Shown here one piece after another: positions 39,367 to 50,087 of a DNA stretch of 64,000 bases. This DNA comes from Candidatus Woesearchaeota archaeon B3_Woes (GTDB taxonomy: Archaea > Nanobdellota > Nanobdellia > Woesearchaeales > B3-WOES), in the NCBI GenBank assembly GCA_005222965.1, contig NJBG01000001.1, forward strand, positions 82,323 through 146,322. Direction: 5' to 3'. Numbering within the stretch: the stretch's first letter is position 1; each line of letters opens with the position of its first letter. The notes beneath the pieces are model-generated. The model searched no databases. It worked only from the letters and a program-made list of their open reading frames with translations, and was not told where the DNA came from. The position numbers were made by a program, and so were the translations under genes.

Positions 39367-39513
39367 TTAAGCCTTTCCCAGTATTCTACACACAGTTATT
39401 GCACAATTTGGGCATTTCCCTTTAGCCATCTTCATGCCTCTTTTATTAACAACTTCTTTTGGATCATTCATCTCTACTTTTTTCTTACACTTTACACAAT
39501 ATCCTTCTACCAT
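39367..39513 (-). CDS. Small zinc-ribbon protein (48 aa); absent from ORF track
   Basis: MVEGYCVKCKKKVEMNDPKEVVNKRGMKMAKGKCPNCAITVCRILGKA, two CxxC pairs. Confidence 0.45.
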   Translation of the reverse strand: MVEGYCVKCKKKVEMNDPKEVVNKRGMKMAKGKCPNCAITVCRILGKA

Positions 39514-39675
39514 TTCAATGCACCTCACGCGTTTAACTATAAATTGCCAATTTTGGTCAATTTATAACATAAAAGAAGCTATTTATATATAAATCTATTG
39601 AAAATACAATGCATAACTAAGCATAAAACAAAAGGTTTAAATAATGTATTTATTTAGTATTTTATAGTAGTAAAA

Positions 39676-40578
39676 ATGTCAAAAAAAAGCTTAATTGATA
39701 TACATACACACGTACTTCCAATTGATAATGAAAGAGTATTGCTTGACTTTCTTAGAATATGCTTTAAAGAAAGGTATGATAATATTAACCAATTTCACAC
39801 ACAAAACACATCTTTTACAGAGCAAGACTTAATAAATCAGCTTAGAAATGGGGAAATAGATAAAGCAGTTGTAATGTCAACTGATCATGAAGGTATGCGC
39901 CTAAATGATTTTGTGTTTGAACTAGCACAAAAGTATGATGGCTTGATAATTCCTTCAGTATCTGTAGATCCAACATCAGATAATGCAGTCAAAAAGTTAG
40001 AATACCAATTTAATAGATTATGTATGAATTTTGATGAATACAAACCAATCCTAAAATTTTATCCTCATCGTTGGACTACTTCTCCTTCAGATGTTAATCT
40101 TGATTATTATAGGGTTGTAAGAGATTTTGAAGGTATTATAATTGCTCATACAGGAGCACATCATACATTATCTACTAAAGACAACAGCAAAACAAATCCT
40201 TTGTTCTGGGAGACAGCACTAAATCAAGTGCAAGGTCTTGTGGTTGTAGCATCTCATTGTGGAACACCAAGCCAAGAATATACCAGTTACGAAGAAGAAG
40301 CAATAAGGATGGCTGAAGATCATGAAAATTTCTTTATTGATTTTAGCGGTCTTCAAAGTATATTGCCTAGTGGAAATTATTATGAATTAAGCAGAAGGGC
40401 TTTTGATCTAGCAATTCAATCTATACAAAGAGGAACAGGACTAGAAAAAAAGATAGTTGGTGGAAGTGATTACCCTATTTGTCCAGACATCAATAGGACA
40501 AGATATGAACAGATAGCACTATTAAACAGGATTTTTGATCCTTATGAAAATACAGAAAAACTTATTGCAAGGTCTTAA
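39676..40578 (+). CDS. Metal-dependent amidohydrolase-like TIM-barrel protein
   Basis: N-terminal IDIHTHVLP metal-binding pattern, later HTGAHH, and GGSDYP. Confidence 0.5.
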   Translation: MSKKSLIDIHTHVLPIDNERVLLDFLRICFKERYDNINQFHTQNTSFTEQDLINQLRNGEIDKAVVMSTDHEGMRLNDFVFELAQKYDGLIIPSVSVDPTSDNAVKKLEYQFNRLCMNFDEYKPILKFYPHRWTTSPSDVNLDYYRVVRDFEGIIIAHTGAHHTLSTKDNSKTNPLFWETALNQVQGLVVVASHCGTPSQEYTSYEEEAIRMAEDHENFFIDFSGLQSILPSGNYYELSRRAFDLAIQSIQRGTGLEKKIVGGSDYPICPDINRTRYEQIALLNRIFDPYENTEKLIARS

Positions 40579-40772
40579 ACAAAAGATTTATAAATCAAAA
40601 ACTAATTTTTTACGGATTTTTAATGCTCGGACAAAGCCAATTAACCGAAAGATTTATATATAGGTTATATGCTTTGTTTATAAAGTTAATGTCACTATAA
40701 CACATTATCAAGGGGGTTACAAATAACTAAATATCTATTTATATCCCTACTAAACTTAAGGTGGTTTAAAAA

Positions 40773-41693
40773 ATGACCGATAAAATGATTAAAAAATGCC
40801 CTGAATGTGAGAGCATAAACTTATTCTGGAACAGAGAAAAGGGCGAGATTATATGTAAAGATTGTGGATTAGTTATAGAGGATAAAATGGTTGATTTTGG
40901 CCAGGAATGGCGTGAAGGAGAAGACTCTACTGAAAGAAAAGGTAGAACAGGAGCTCCTATGACTTATACTCAATATGATCAAGGGTTAGGTACTGAAATA
41001 GGTACAAGTTCTGATTTATATGGATTAGGTGGAAAAGACAGAAATAAATTCTTTAGATTAAGAAAATGGCAGTATAGAATATCAACTGCTATTGAAAGAA
41101 ACCTTAAACTAGCTCTTGCAGAGCTAAAAAGGGTTGCTTCTTTTTTGAAATTACCAAAATCAGTTGAAGAAGAATCAGCTAGGATATATACATTAGCTGT
41201 TCAAAGAGGATTAGTAAGAGGAAGAAGCATGGAAAGCGTTGTAGCAGGAGCACTATATGCTGCTTGCAGACGTCATGAAGTTCCTAGAACACTGGATGAG
41301 TTATCAGAAGCATCTGGCATTGAGAAGAAGGAAATAGGTAGAACATATAGGTTTGTAACAAGAGAGCTTGGAATTAGTGTTATGCCTTCAAATCCTGCTG
41401 ATTACATTGCTAGATTTGCTTCAAGCCTAAAATTAAGTCCTGAATCACAAAGCCATGCAGTAGAAATATTGCAAAAAGCTCAAAAAATGGAATTAACTTC
41501 TGGAAGAGGACCAACAGGAATAGCTGCAGCAGCTCTATATGTATCTGCATTAATACATGGAGAAAAAAGAACACAGAGAGAAGTAGCAGATGTTGCTGGT
41601 GTTACAGAAGTTACAATTAGAAACAGATACAAAGAGCTTTTAGAAGAGCTTGACTTGGAAAAGGACATAAAGAAAGTTAAGAAAAAGAAATAA
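40773..41693 (+). CDS. tfb: Transcription initiation factor IIB (TFB)
   Basis: N-terminal zinc ribbon CPECES...CKDCG. B-finger and two cyclin-fold repeats. 306 aa. Confidence 0.85.
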   Translation: MTDKMIKKCPECESINLFWNREKGEIICKDCGLVIEDKMVDFGQEWREGEDSTERKGRTGAPMTYTQYDQGLGTEIGTSSDLYGLGGKDRNKFFRLRKWQYRISTAIERNLKLALAELKRVASFLKLPKSVEEESARIYTLAVQRGLVRGRSMESVVAGALYAACRRHEVPRTLDELSEASGIEKKEIGRTYRFVTRELGISVMPSNPADYIARFASSLKLSPESQSHAVEILQKAQKMELTSGRGPTGIAAAALYVSALIHGEKRTQREVADVAGVTEVTIRNRYKELLEELDLEKDIKKVKKKK

Positions 41694-41702
41694 TTTTTAT
41701 TT

Positions 41703-42221
41703 CTATTTCTTCTTTTTTAAGAAGTAAAATCTAATTATTGCATCTGATATTACTATAATATAAAAAAATCCTAAACCTAACATTAAACCATTAGGAACAA
41801 CATTTATCTTTTTGAATAATGGAAACAACCAAATAATTGAAACAATACAAAGTATAATCCAAATTACTACAACTCCTAAAGATATTAATCCTTTATAATT
41901 AAATTTTTTTGTAGAATAATTCCAAAGTTCAATATTGAATTTTAATAAAATTAATCCTGTTGTAAATTCTAAAAGTGTTAATATTAGTGTTGAGATGAGA
42001 ATCATAAGTATTAAATTTATATTTATTAAAAAAATTAAATAAACCAATACTGCTCCAAATCCAAAAATTGGTAGGTAAGGTCCTTTTAGAAATCCTGGAT
42101 TGAGATTTTTATTTTTACTTATAAAGTTTCTATAAAATAATTCTCCAACCCAACCAGCAATTGAGAAAATTGCGAATAACAATAATAATTTACTTATTAA
42201 AAGCTCGCCAAACATAAGCAT
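41703..42221 (-). CDS. Integral membrane protein (172 aa)
   Basis: Four or five hydrophobic helices. Confidence 0.5.
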   Translation of the reverse strand: MLMFGELLISKLLLLFAIFSIAGWVGELFYRNFISKNKNLNPGFLKGPYLPIFGFGAVLVYLIFLININLILMILISTLILTLLEFTTGLILLKFNIELWNYSTKKFNYKGLISLGVVVIWIILCIVSIIWLFPLFKKINVVPNGLMLGLGFFYIIVISDAIIRFYFLKKKK

Positions 42222-42532
42222 TTAAATAAGTTGAATCCTATAAAAAGTTTTTGATTAAATTTTTTTATTTTATTATTTTTTATTTCTATTCCTTCTTTCT
42301 TAAGCATTTGAACTTTTTTCTTAGTTCCAGAAGCAAAACCACCAACTTCACCATTTGATTTAACAACTCTGTGGCATGGAACTTTAGGAGAGTAAGGATT
42401 TTTATTCATTGCATTTCCAACAGCCCTATAAGCTTTTGTGCCTAATTTCTCAGCAACAGCTTTGTAAGTAGTAACTCTACCTCTAGGAACTTTTGATACT
42501 ATTTTCCAAACCCTTTCATTAAATCCTCCCAT
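42197..42532 (-). CDS. ogt: Methylated-DNA--protein-cysteine methyltransferase (Ogt/MGMT, DNA-binding domain)
   Basis: Active-site PCHRVV motif and TYKAVAEKLG. Confidence 0.8.
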   Translation of the reverse strand: MGGFNERVWKIVSKVPRGRVTTYKAVAEKLGTKAYRAVGNAMNKNPYSPKVPCHRVVKSNGEVGGFASGTKKKVQMLKKEGIEIKNNKIKKFNQKLFIGFNLFKCLCLASF

Positions 42533-42592
42533 ATTCTATAATTACAAATAGAACTTTATATATTTTATCTTCTCGTAATGATTTAACTTCGT

Positions 42593-43072
42593 TTAATAGG
42601 TGTTATGTGCAATATTACTCGGTGCTCCAGAAATTATTTTTTCTTCTAAAGATTTTTTTGAACTGAATGGATTTATTTTAGCAACGAGATTTTTTACTTT
42701 TTCTGAAGAGGATAATCTTCCTAATAAAAATGCTGTCGCTGAACCTGCCCAAAAAGCTAATATATCTTTTGTATCATAAGTGCCAGGCCATAAATGAGCT
42801 TTTTGAAGTAATTCAAATGCAGTCCAAGCGCTTGCATAATATACTGCTCCCAATAATTGTCCTTTAATATCGTTAGGATCTTTATTACTATTGCCCCACG
42901 CAGTCATAGCTAAGGTGGCACCATAATCGCCAAGATTTCCTCCAATAAAACCATTATCCATTATACCTTTTCCAACTAGATACTGCGCTGTATAATGGAC
43001 TGGAAAAGAAGCTACACCTATCACTGCTGTAATATTGTTTACTGTTCTATAAAGTGAGTTTTCTTGATCCAT
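42593..43072 (-). CDS. Hypothetical protein (159 aa)
   Basis: ORF. Its stop overlaps a partial copy of the repeat 3' module. Confidence 0.4.
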   Translation of the reverse strand: MDQENSLYRTVNNITAVIGVASFPVHYTAQYLVGKGIMDNGFIGGNLGDYGATLAMTAWGNSNKDPNDIKGQLLGAVYYASAWTAFELLQKAHLWPGTYDTKDILAFWAGSATAFLLGRLSSSEKVKNLVAKINPFSSKKSLEEKIISGAPSNIAHNTY

Positions 43073-43158
43073 ATATCTTAAGTAAAAAATCTCTTTTTAT
43101 AAATATTTCGTTTTTGTTACCACTTATTAATTAATATAAAAATAATCCACAATTAAAC

Positions 43159-43845
43159 TTATTTTTTATTAATTTCATCTAGTATTTTTTCAAAATGTTC
43201 TTTTGTTTGCTCTCTTTTATACAACTTTGCCAAAGCAATAAGCTTGTCCTGATCAATCTTTATATCATATTCTGCTAAAAATTCTCTCAAGCGCATTAAA
43301 AAAACAACAAACTGTGTTACATTCTTACCATAATCAACAATATGACATCTTTCAAAATCAAGCAAAGTTACTTTTTGCTTTTTATCAACAATAATGTGTT
43401 TTAATGGATGATGCATTTCCTCTTTATCAACATTCATCCCATCCATAACATAACACTGATCTAAAACATTTTGAATAATTTTAAGAATTATTTTTTTACT
43501 TTCTTTATTTTTCTTTAAACCCCTATAAAAATTATTTGAATTTTTCTGGGCACCAAAAAACCTTTTAGGTTTTTTTAGTGCTTTAGCATAATCAATAAAA
43601 AATTCTCCGTCAACAAAATAATAAAAAAAATAATCTTTTGTTGCTTTGATTAATTTAGGACCAACACCTTTTTTATTTAATCTTTTTATCCACTTTCCTT
43701 CATTCTCAATTCTTCCTTCTGCTTTGCTTTCAGGCAATTTTGCTTTAATTACAACCTTTTTACCTTTGTATTCACCAGTATAAAGAATTCCTCTATGACC
43801 TTTTGTAAAATACTTAATATTTTTTACATCTTTTACATCTAACAT
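43159..43845 (-). CDS. Small atypical protein kinase-like (Bud32/RIO-like?)
   Basis: Gly-rich N-terminus, KGKKVVIK lysine, later HHPLKHIIV...LLDFERC. Weak resemblance only. Confidence 0.35.
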   Translation of the reverse strand: MLDVKDVKNIKYFTKGHRGILYTGEYKGKKVVIKAKLPESKAEGRIENEGKWIKRLNKKGVGPKLIKATKDYFFYYFVDGEFFIDYAKALKKPKRFFGAQKNSNNFYRGLKKNKESKKIILKIIQNVLDQCYVMDGMNVDKEEMHHPLKHIIVDKKQKVTLLDFERCHIVDYGKNVTQFVVFLMRLREFLAEYDIKIDQDKLIALAKLYKREQTKEHFEKILDEINKK

Positions 43846-44462
43846 TTTGTAATATAGTAAACATATAAATCTTCAAAAAATATATGTTTTTTCTCTAATT
43901 CAATAAATCTTAATTTATTTTTATCAATTAAATCATTTATTTTCTTTTTGTTTGTAAAAGAGCTGAACAAAAGCAATACTCGACCCTCTTTTTTAAGATA
44001 ATTTGAAACTTCATTAAGAAACCTTTCAATTATTTCATAACCTTTTTTTCCACCCTCTGTTCTAATATCTCTTTTTTTCAATTCTTGAGGTAAATAAGGT
44101 GGATTAAAAACAATCAAATCAAATTTTATTTGTTTTTTAACTAATGTTTGAAGTTTTTCTCTGTCCTTAACCTTTTTCTTATCATAAATTTCTAATTTTT
44201 TATCAACTTTATCATAAAAAAAGAAATTATCTTCAAATATCTGAAATAAATTGCTCTTAAAAAAATAAATTCCATTAATATTTTTTTTACAATACTTAAC
44301 AACATTTTTGTTAATATCCAAGCCAATAACCAAATTAGCTTTTAAAGATGCTTCTTTTGCTAAAATTCCAGAACCAGTTCCAACATCTAATACTAATCCT
44401 TTAGAATATTTCTTAACAAACTTTTGCAGTAAAAAAGAATCCTCGCTAGGTTCATATATCAT
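43839..44462 (-). CDS. HemK/Mtq2-family methyltransferase (NPPY)
   Basis: VLDVGTGSGILA (motif I) and VFNPPYLP (motif IV). Confidence 0.7.
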   Translation of the reverse strand: MIYEPSEDSFLLQKFVKKYSKGLVLDVGTGSGILAKEASLKANLVIGLDINKNVVKYCKKNINGIYFFKSNLFQIFEDNFFFYDKVDKKLEIYDKKKVKDREKLQTLVKKQIKFDLIVFNPPYLPQELKKRDIRTEGGKKGYEIIERFLNEVSNYLKKEGRVLLLFSSFTNKKKINDLIDKNKLRFIELEKKHIFFEDLYVYYITKC

Positions 44463-44494
44463 AAAGTATAAGAAATAATTTTAATTATATAAAT

Positions 44495-44740
44495 TTAGTG
44501 CTTTAACTTCTTTTCTTTTAAAGCTACTAAGTGCATTAACTTTAACAATTTTATTTCCTGTTTTAGATCTTCTATTTCAGATCTTAAATCTGTTACTAAC
44601 TCATAATTGTGCTGTATATTTCCTGTATTCTCAACAACAGTATCAGGAACATTAGTTAGTTGTTCTACTTTAGAATTCATCTCTCTTACCCAATCATCTG
44701 TGTTTTGTCTTAACTCTTCTAATGTAAGTCCTGTCATCAA
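44495..44740 (-). CDS. Small coiled-coil protein (81 aa)
   Basis: Heptad-like charged sequence. Confidence 0.35.
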   Translation of the reverse strand: MMTGLTLEELRQNTDDWVREMNSKVEQLTNVPDTVVENTGNIQHNYELVTDLRSEIEDLKQEIKLLKLMHLVALKEKKLKH

Positions 44741-44948
44741 TACACCTCTTTTTATAGACTAGTATACATATATGTATACACTTATATATAAATGTTTTGT
44801 TTTAGAGAACCATTAAATTCCTGTTATGCTCTTTGACCACACAAAATATGGTCAAACTTCATCCGAAGAGCTTTTGAGAACGCTGTCTTCAAGGGCGAAG
44901 TAAAATCAAACATATGCATTAAGGGGCAAAACCAATAACTTTATATAA

Positions 44949-45596
44949 TTGTTATTACTATTTAGTTACAATATGCCAGAAGTAATAGGAGTTTTGCACT
45001 TGGATAGAAATTTAGATAGATTAATTGAAACAATTGATTTAGATTTTGGTGTCCCTAAATCACTTATGCTTGAATTACCGACAGATTGGAGAGATTATAG
45101 GGATGGATTAATAACAGATGGATATTTTCATAGATTGGCATCTGAATATGAAAAGAGAGGGACAAGAATAATTGCTGGAGATAATAATCGATATATCATT
45201 GAACCCCACCTTTCGGAATGGTTTTTAGATTTTGAAGAAAGAGTGAGAAATGGAGAATGGAATCCAGACACTTTAAAAGATTGGTCAAAGGGAGTGATTG
45301 GGTTTATTGGTGAGATGTCAAGATATAACTCTTTATTAAATTGGAACCAATTGTTTCCTTCAAAACATAGAATCAGAAATCATGGATTTCTAGAAGTCTA
45401 TGATGAATGCAAACCTGAATTGACTGTAGTTGGGTGTGTTCATGGAAAGCATTTGAAGAATCAGAGACCAGATGTTAATTATACCTTTTTTATGACTGAT
45501 AGTTTAATTGAGCGTATGGCTTTTCCAGTTCACTATTATCTATTGGGTTCAGCAAAAGCAGATTCTTATAAGGTTTTGCCTAGTTCTAGTTCTTAG
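44949..45596 (+). CDS. Hypothetical protein (215 aa)
   Basis: ORF. Confidence 0.45.
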   Translation: MLLLFSYNMPEVIGVLHLDRNLDRLIETIDLDFGVPKSLMLELPTDWRDYRDGLITDGYFHRLASEYEKRGTRIIAGDNNRYIIEPHLSEWFLDFEERVRNGEWNPDTLKDWSKGVIGFIGEMSRYNSLLNWNQLFPSKHRIRNHGFLEVYDECKPELTVVGCVHGKHLKNQRPDVNYTFFMTDSLIERMAFPVHYYLLGSAKADSYKVLPSSSS

Positions 45597-45668
45597 CATT
45601 CTCAAAAATTGAGCATAACATCTATTAAGCGAGATAGATATTTGTTTTTAACACTTTTTGGCTTTGTT

Positions 45669-46238
45669 TTAGAATCGGTCTGTAATTTTATCTAATCTAT
45701 ATGTTTCACTAAACTTGGCTTGTTTTAACTGCGCACTTTTATTAATTAATTTCTGTAAATAAGAAGCTATTTCATTTGGTTTATCAACGTAATTTAATTT
45801 AATTTCTTTTTCTTTTAAACCACTTAACTCAAATACAACACTGCCAAAATTTAGAATACTTTTAAATATTCCATTCTTATTTGGAGTAATTCTTTGAATA
45901 TTCTGAAAAGGAATAACCATTGGACTAGATACAAAACCCTTCATAATTGTAATATTATCATTATAAACATTATATCTCACACCTCTAAATGAAAGATAAT
46001 TTGATCCGCCCAATAAAAGAGCTAAGCCTAAAGTACCACCAAAAAAGTAATATACTAAACCAGAAGGTATAGAAACTTCAACATCAAAAGCTTCAAAAGG
46101 AATAAGAAACATTTCAAAACCAATAGTATATTTCAAAATAAGAAATAACCCTCCTAAAACAATAGCTATGGAAATAACTTTTAAGAAATTAAGGAAAAAA
46201 ACCTTTGTAGCGTTTGGCTTTAGAACATTTTCAGACAT
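45669..46238 (-). CDS. Membrane protein with bacterial-PH-like (YdbT/DUF304-like) organisation
   Basis: Two N-terminal TM helices followed by a soluble domain. Confidence 0.4.
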   Translation of the reverse strand: MSENVLKPNATKVFFLNFLKVISIAIVLGGLFLILKYTIGFEMFLIPFEAFDVEVSIPSGLVYYFFGGTLGLALLLGGSNYLSFRGVRYNVYNDNITIMKGFVSSPMVIPFQNIQRITPNKNGIFKSILNFGSVVFELSGLKEKEIKLNYVDKPNEIASYLQKLINKSAQLKQAKFSETYRLDKITDRF

Positions 46239-46317
46239 ATTAATTATGAAATTTTGTTATTTAAATACTTATTGAATTTAAGATAAATATAAAAACTAGT
46301 TATATTTCTATGATAAT

Positions 46318-46656
46318 ATGAAACAAGTTATACTAGTGCGTAAAGATTTAAAATTACCAAAAGGAAAATTAGCAGCTCAAGTTAGCCATGCCTCTGTTGG
46401 TGCTTTACTAAAAAGCCATAAAGATGACATCTCTAAATGGAGGAACCAAGGCATGAAAAAAGTTATTCTAAAAGTTGCTGATGAAAAAGAGTTATTTAAG
46501 TTTAAACAACTAGCAGAAGACAATGGATTAACAGCAGAATTAATAACTGATGCTGGAAAAACAGTTGTTGAACCAGGAACAATAACCTGTTTAGGAATCG
46601 GACCTGATAAAGAAGAAAAAATCGACAAAATAACAGGAAGCCTGAAAATGGTTTAA
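46318..46656 (+). CDS. pth2: Peptidyl-tRNA hydrolase, archaeal type (Pth2)
   Basis: MKQVILVRKDLKLPKGKLAAQVSHASV is the Pth2 N-terminal signature. 112 aa. Confidence 0.85.
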   Translation: MKQVILVRKDLKLPKGKLAAQVSHASVGALLKSHKDDISKWRNQGMKKVILKVADEKELFKFKQLAEDNGLTAELITDAGKTVVEPGTITCLGIGPDKEEKIDKITGSLKMV

Positions 46657-46743
46657 ACATGTTAATTTTAGTAAAGTTTATATATAAAACTTGATATTAT
46701 TAAAATAATAAGCTTATTGACTAGTTAATGAGGTGAAAAAAGT

Positions 46744-47052
46744 ATGAAAATAGGATATGTAATAATGGCTTTAATAACCCTTCTTTTAATTGTTGGGTGT
46801 AAAACCAAAGTTGAAGAGGCACCAGTAGCACCAGTTGTTGAAGAAGTTGTTGAAGAGGCACCTGTAGAACCTGAAAAACCTTCAGACCAATATAATATAG
46901 ACACAAGCGGTATGAGTGAAGAAAATTTAGCAGAACTTCAAAGATTAAAAGATGCTTGTGATAGGGGAAGTGCAAAACTCTGTACTGTATTAGCAAGAAG
47001 GGAAGCAGAACTTGGTGTTCAAGCTGCAGATGTTCTACCAGCTACAGAATAA
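46744..47052 (+). CDS. Small secreted lipoprotein-like protein
   Basis: Signal peptide with LIVGC lipobox. The antisense ORF at 46721..46996 is judged spurious. Confidence 0.45.
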   Translation: MKIGYVIMALITLLLIVGCKTKVEEAPVAPVVEEVVEEAPVEPEKPSDQYNIDTSGMSEENLAELQRLKDACDRGSAKLCTVLARREAELGVQAADVLPATE

Positions 47053-47053
47053 A

Positions 47054-48082
47054 TTATTTTTTAATTAATTTTATTATTTCTTTTTTATTTATATTTAATC
47101 TTAAAGAATTCTCCCTAAAGTGTGTTTCACTAACCTTAAATTTTTTCTTCTTAATCTTATTCATTAAATCATTTTTCTTTGGTAAAACCTTAATTTTATT
47201 TCTTTTAGCTAATTTAGTTATATCATAAAAACCAACTTCATCAATCTTTGATTCTTCTTTAATAATCTTTAAAATTTTCTTATTTTCCTCTATTTTATTA
47301 TTTTTTCCCATCAAAACAACTAACTTTTTATCCCATAATGATCCTAGCCATATAGGTCCAGAATTCTCATAATAACCGTGCAGTTTAATAATCTCATCAA
47401 CCTTTTTCTTTCCTTTTTCACATCTGAAAAAAATTCTAAAATAATGGTCTTTTGAATAAGAAAAAATTGGTGTTAAAGCCTTATCAAACTGTGTTCCAAT
47501 CAATTGTATCTTTCTTATCAGAATTCTTAAACCAAACTCATGCATTAACTCATTTTTCAAAGGTTTTGCCCAATACTTTCTTTTACAGGCATTTGTATAA
47601 GTCCCAGTCAAAGCAGCAGTATCAGTAGCAGTCACAGCTAATATACCCTCCCTAGATAAGCGCATTATAGAATTATTCAAAAAATGATTAGGACTTCCAA
47701 AAGGATCTATATCAATATAATCGAAACCAGAAGAATTCAATAAAAATAAGTTAGCATCTTGATTAAAAACATTCGCTTTAGAAATTTTATTTAGTTTTAG
47801 ATTTTTTTTAATCAATTTAAATGCATTTTCGCTGTTATCATTAAAGCTTATTGACTTTATTTTTCCCTTTTTTAACTCTTTAATCAATCTTATTCCTCTT
47901 ATTCCTGTTCCAGATAATGGCAAAGCCATCTGCATATCTTTTTTATTAATACAATTTAACAATAAAACAGAAATATCCCTGTTAAATTTCATAATAGGAT
48001 TATAAAATACAGGAAGTTTTTTAGAAATTTTTCCTTTTGAAACAATTGCTTTGGCTTTTCCTTCTGTTATTGTTGTATACAT
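47054..48082 (-). CDS. trm1: tRNA (guanine26-N2)-dimethyltransferase Trm1
   Basis: N-terminal MYTTITEGKAKAIV...FYNPIMKFNRDISV is characteristic of Trm1. Confidence 0.75.
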   Translation of the reverse strand: MYTTITEGKAKAIVSKGKISKKLPVFYNPIMKFNRDISVLLLNCINKKDMQMALPLSGTGIRGIRLIKELKKGKIKSISFNDNSENAFKLIKKNLKLNKISKANVFNQDANLFLLNSSGFDYIDIDPFGSPNHFLNNSIMRLSREGILAVTATDTAALTGTYTNACKRKYWAKPLKNELMHEFGLRILIRKIQLIGTQFDKALTPIFSYSKDHYFRIFFRCEKGKKKVDEIIKLHGYYENSGPIWLGSLWDKKLVVLMGKNNKIEENKKILKIIKEESKIDEVGFYDITKLAKRNKIKVLPKKNDLMNKIKKKKFKVSETHFRENSLRLNINKKEIIKLIKK

Positions 48083-48121
48083 CTCTAAAATAAATAAGAT
48101 TATAAGATATAAATGTTTGGG

Positions 48122-48865
48122 TCACAATTTAGAATCTTTCCATAAAACATCAAAAAACTGTTTATAGGAATTTGCAACTTCTTTACTTCTTATTAATGTG
48201 GCTATTGGTTGATCAGACCACACAATTATAGCAACTTTATCTCCATAAACCCAGGTTGTAGCGGGTGTTTCATACATATTAGAACTAAATTTTATTTTTG
48301 TTATTAGAAATTTGGCTTTAGATTTCTTAGATCTAATCTTTTCATTATAGATTATTTTCATAAGGATTTTTGATTTTCCTCTTCTCATATGCCATTGTTC
48401 AGCATAATGGGTAAATAATTCAACAAATTTTCCTTCAGCACCAAACACTAAAAGTTCCTTTTTTGTCTTTAGTACATCTTCTGCAACTGATTTCAATCCT
48501 TTTTTTCCTTTGTATATTGTTGCTTCTTGAGGTTCTTTACTTAATTGTCTTTTAAGTTCCAACTCAGGGAGTATAGAGTGTATCAATTTCTTTTTTCTTT
48601 TCAACTCATTCTCTTTTTCATCAAGATATTTGATTATTCTATCTGGAGTATCTGCTTCAAAATATTTTCTATTAGATTGTATTACATAACTCACTATACC
48701 TTTTTCAATTAATCTTTCCAAAGCATCATAAACATTAGTTCTGTTTACGCCTGACTTTTTTGTAATCTCTCCAGCCATTGCAGAACCCAATTCTAACAAT
48801 GACAAATATACTTTTGCTTCATTTCCAGAAAGCCCTACTTGTTCAAGTGCTATTTTTTCATTCAT
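48122..48865 (-). CDS. TrmB-family transcriptional regulator
   Basis: N-terminal wHTH GLSGNEAKVYLSLLELGSAMAGEITKKSGVNRTNVYDALERLIEKGIV. Confidence 0.75.
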   Translation of the reverse strand: MNEKIALEQVGLSGNEAKVYLSLLELGSAMAGEITKKSGVNRTNVYDALERLIEKGIVSYVIQSNRKYFEADTPDRIIKYLDEKENELKRKKKLIHSILPELELKRQLSKEPQEATIYKGKKGLKSVAEDVLKTKKELLVFGAEGKFVELFTHYAEQWHMRRGKSKILMKIIYNEKIRSKKSKAKFLITKIKFSSNMYETPATTWVYGDKVAIIVWSDQPIATLIRSKEVANSYKQFFDVLWKDSKL

Positions 48866-48910
48866 AACGCATTAAAGAGTTATTAGTATATAAACTTTAC
48901 TATTGTTGTA

Positions 48911-50068
48911 ATGATATATAACAACACAAATTTAAATAATAACTATTATTACTATCTAGTAATAAAACATTGGAGGTTTATTAAAATGATAGAACAAACA
49001 ATTAAACAAATTGAAACTGACAATATTTTTTTTGTAGCAGATATGCATGAATTAACTAAACCAAATGCAGATGCAAAAAGAATTTGGGAAAATATGCAAA
49101 AAAGAAGTCCCACAAATAGGGATCTAAAAGCCCTTTATGAAAATTCAGTTGACCCTTTAGTTAGTATTATTGAAGATTATGCGAATAATCCTTTCGAAAA
49201 TTGGTCAATAGGAAACTCTGAAAGAATCTTTGCAGCTTCTGTTGTTTCTCTAGGGGATATGGTTGCAAATAGAATTAATTTTGGTGAAGGAACAGAAAAG
49301 TCAGTTATAGGAAAAATGGCAAAAAAAGCTAGAGAATTAGGTGTCCCACAACACGAATATATTGCTGACAATTTTCATGAACAATTGGCAGAAGTTGAGG
49401 ATTGGGCATATAGAAATAGTTTCTGGACTGAGATGAGATTTGAAGCATTAAAACATTTACTTGGAGATAAATTAAGTTTATCAAGTTTTATACATATTAA
49501 TGGTAATGCTGATGCCATTTCAAGTTTCGTTACAAGAGATTTGTTAAATGCAGATTTTAAAAGTCCAAATGAGATTTACATAGATCTGAAAAATCAAAAT
49601 AATTTTCAAGGAGAGATTTACATTGATGAACCAGGGATAATTAGATTTGAAAAAGTAAGATGGTGTCGTGATGCTCCAGATCCAGATTTTGATGAAGATT
49701 TTGATTTTAAATTAGTAAAAGATATGGATAGTTATGGTGTAGATATAGCTTTAGCAATCCCTTATACTCTAAATTGGAATAAGCAACTTGGACATTTAGA
49801 TAAAATTAAGTTAAGTTCTGAAGAAGATATAAGATCTTCAATGTTATTAATACATGAACCACTTGATTATTCTGTATTCAATAGAAAAGAAAATGTAGAA
49901 GGAATGGCTACTTATAAGAAAGCAATAAGTCTTATGCCAGAAGATACAAAGATAATTCATGGACATACACATGCACAAGACATAGTTGAATATGGTTTTA
50001 ATGGAAATAAGGTTTACCAAATACCACCTAATTTAGGGGTTAAACATGAAATCCTAATTGGTATTTAA
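48911..50068 (+). CDS. Metallophosphoesterase-like protein (probable true start at the Met near 48986)
   Basis: C-terminal IIHGHTHAQD calcineurin-like motif. Confidence 0.45.
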   Translation: MIYNNTNLNNNYYYYLVIKHWRFIKMIEQTIKQIETDNIFFVADMHELTKPNADAKRIWENMQKRSPTNRDLKALYENSVDPLVSIIEDYANNPFENWSIGNSERIFAASVVSLGDMVANRINFGEGTEKSVIGKMAKKARELGVPQHEYIADNFHEQLAEVEDWAYRNSFWTEMRFEALKHLLGDKLSLSSFIHINGNADAISSFVTRDLLNADFKSPNEIYIDLKNQNNFQGEIYIDEPGIIRFEKVRWCRDAPDPDFDEDFDFKLVKDMDSYGVDIALAIPYTLNWNKQLGHLDKIKLSSEEDIRSSMLLIHEPLDYSVFNRKENVEGMATYKKAISLMPEDTKIIHGHTHAQDIVEYGFNGNKVYQIPPNLGVKHEILIGI

Positions 50069-50087
50069 GACAGTTTAGGAGTACTCA

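Noticed and set aside
46721-46996. 91-aa minus-strand ORF overlapping the small lipoprotein gene
   Set aside because: Low-complexity Leu/Gln-rich translation. The plus-strand ORF has a proper signal peptide and lipobox.
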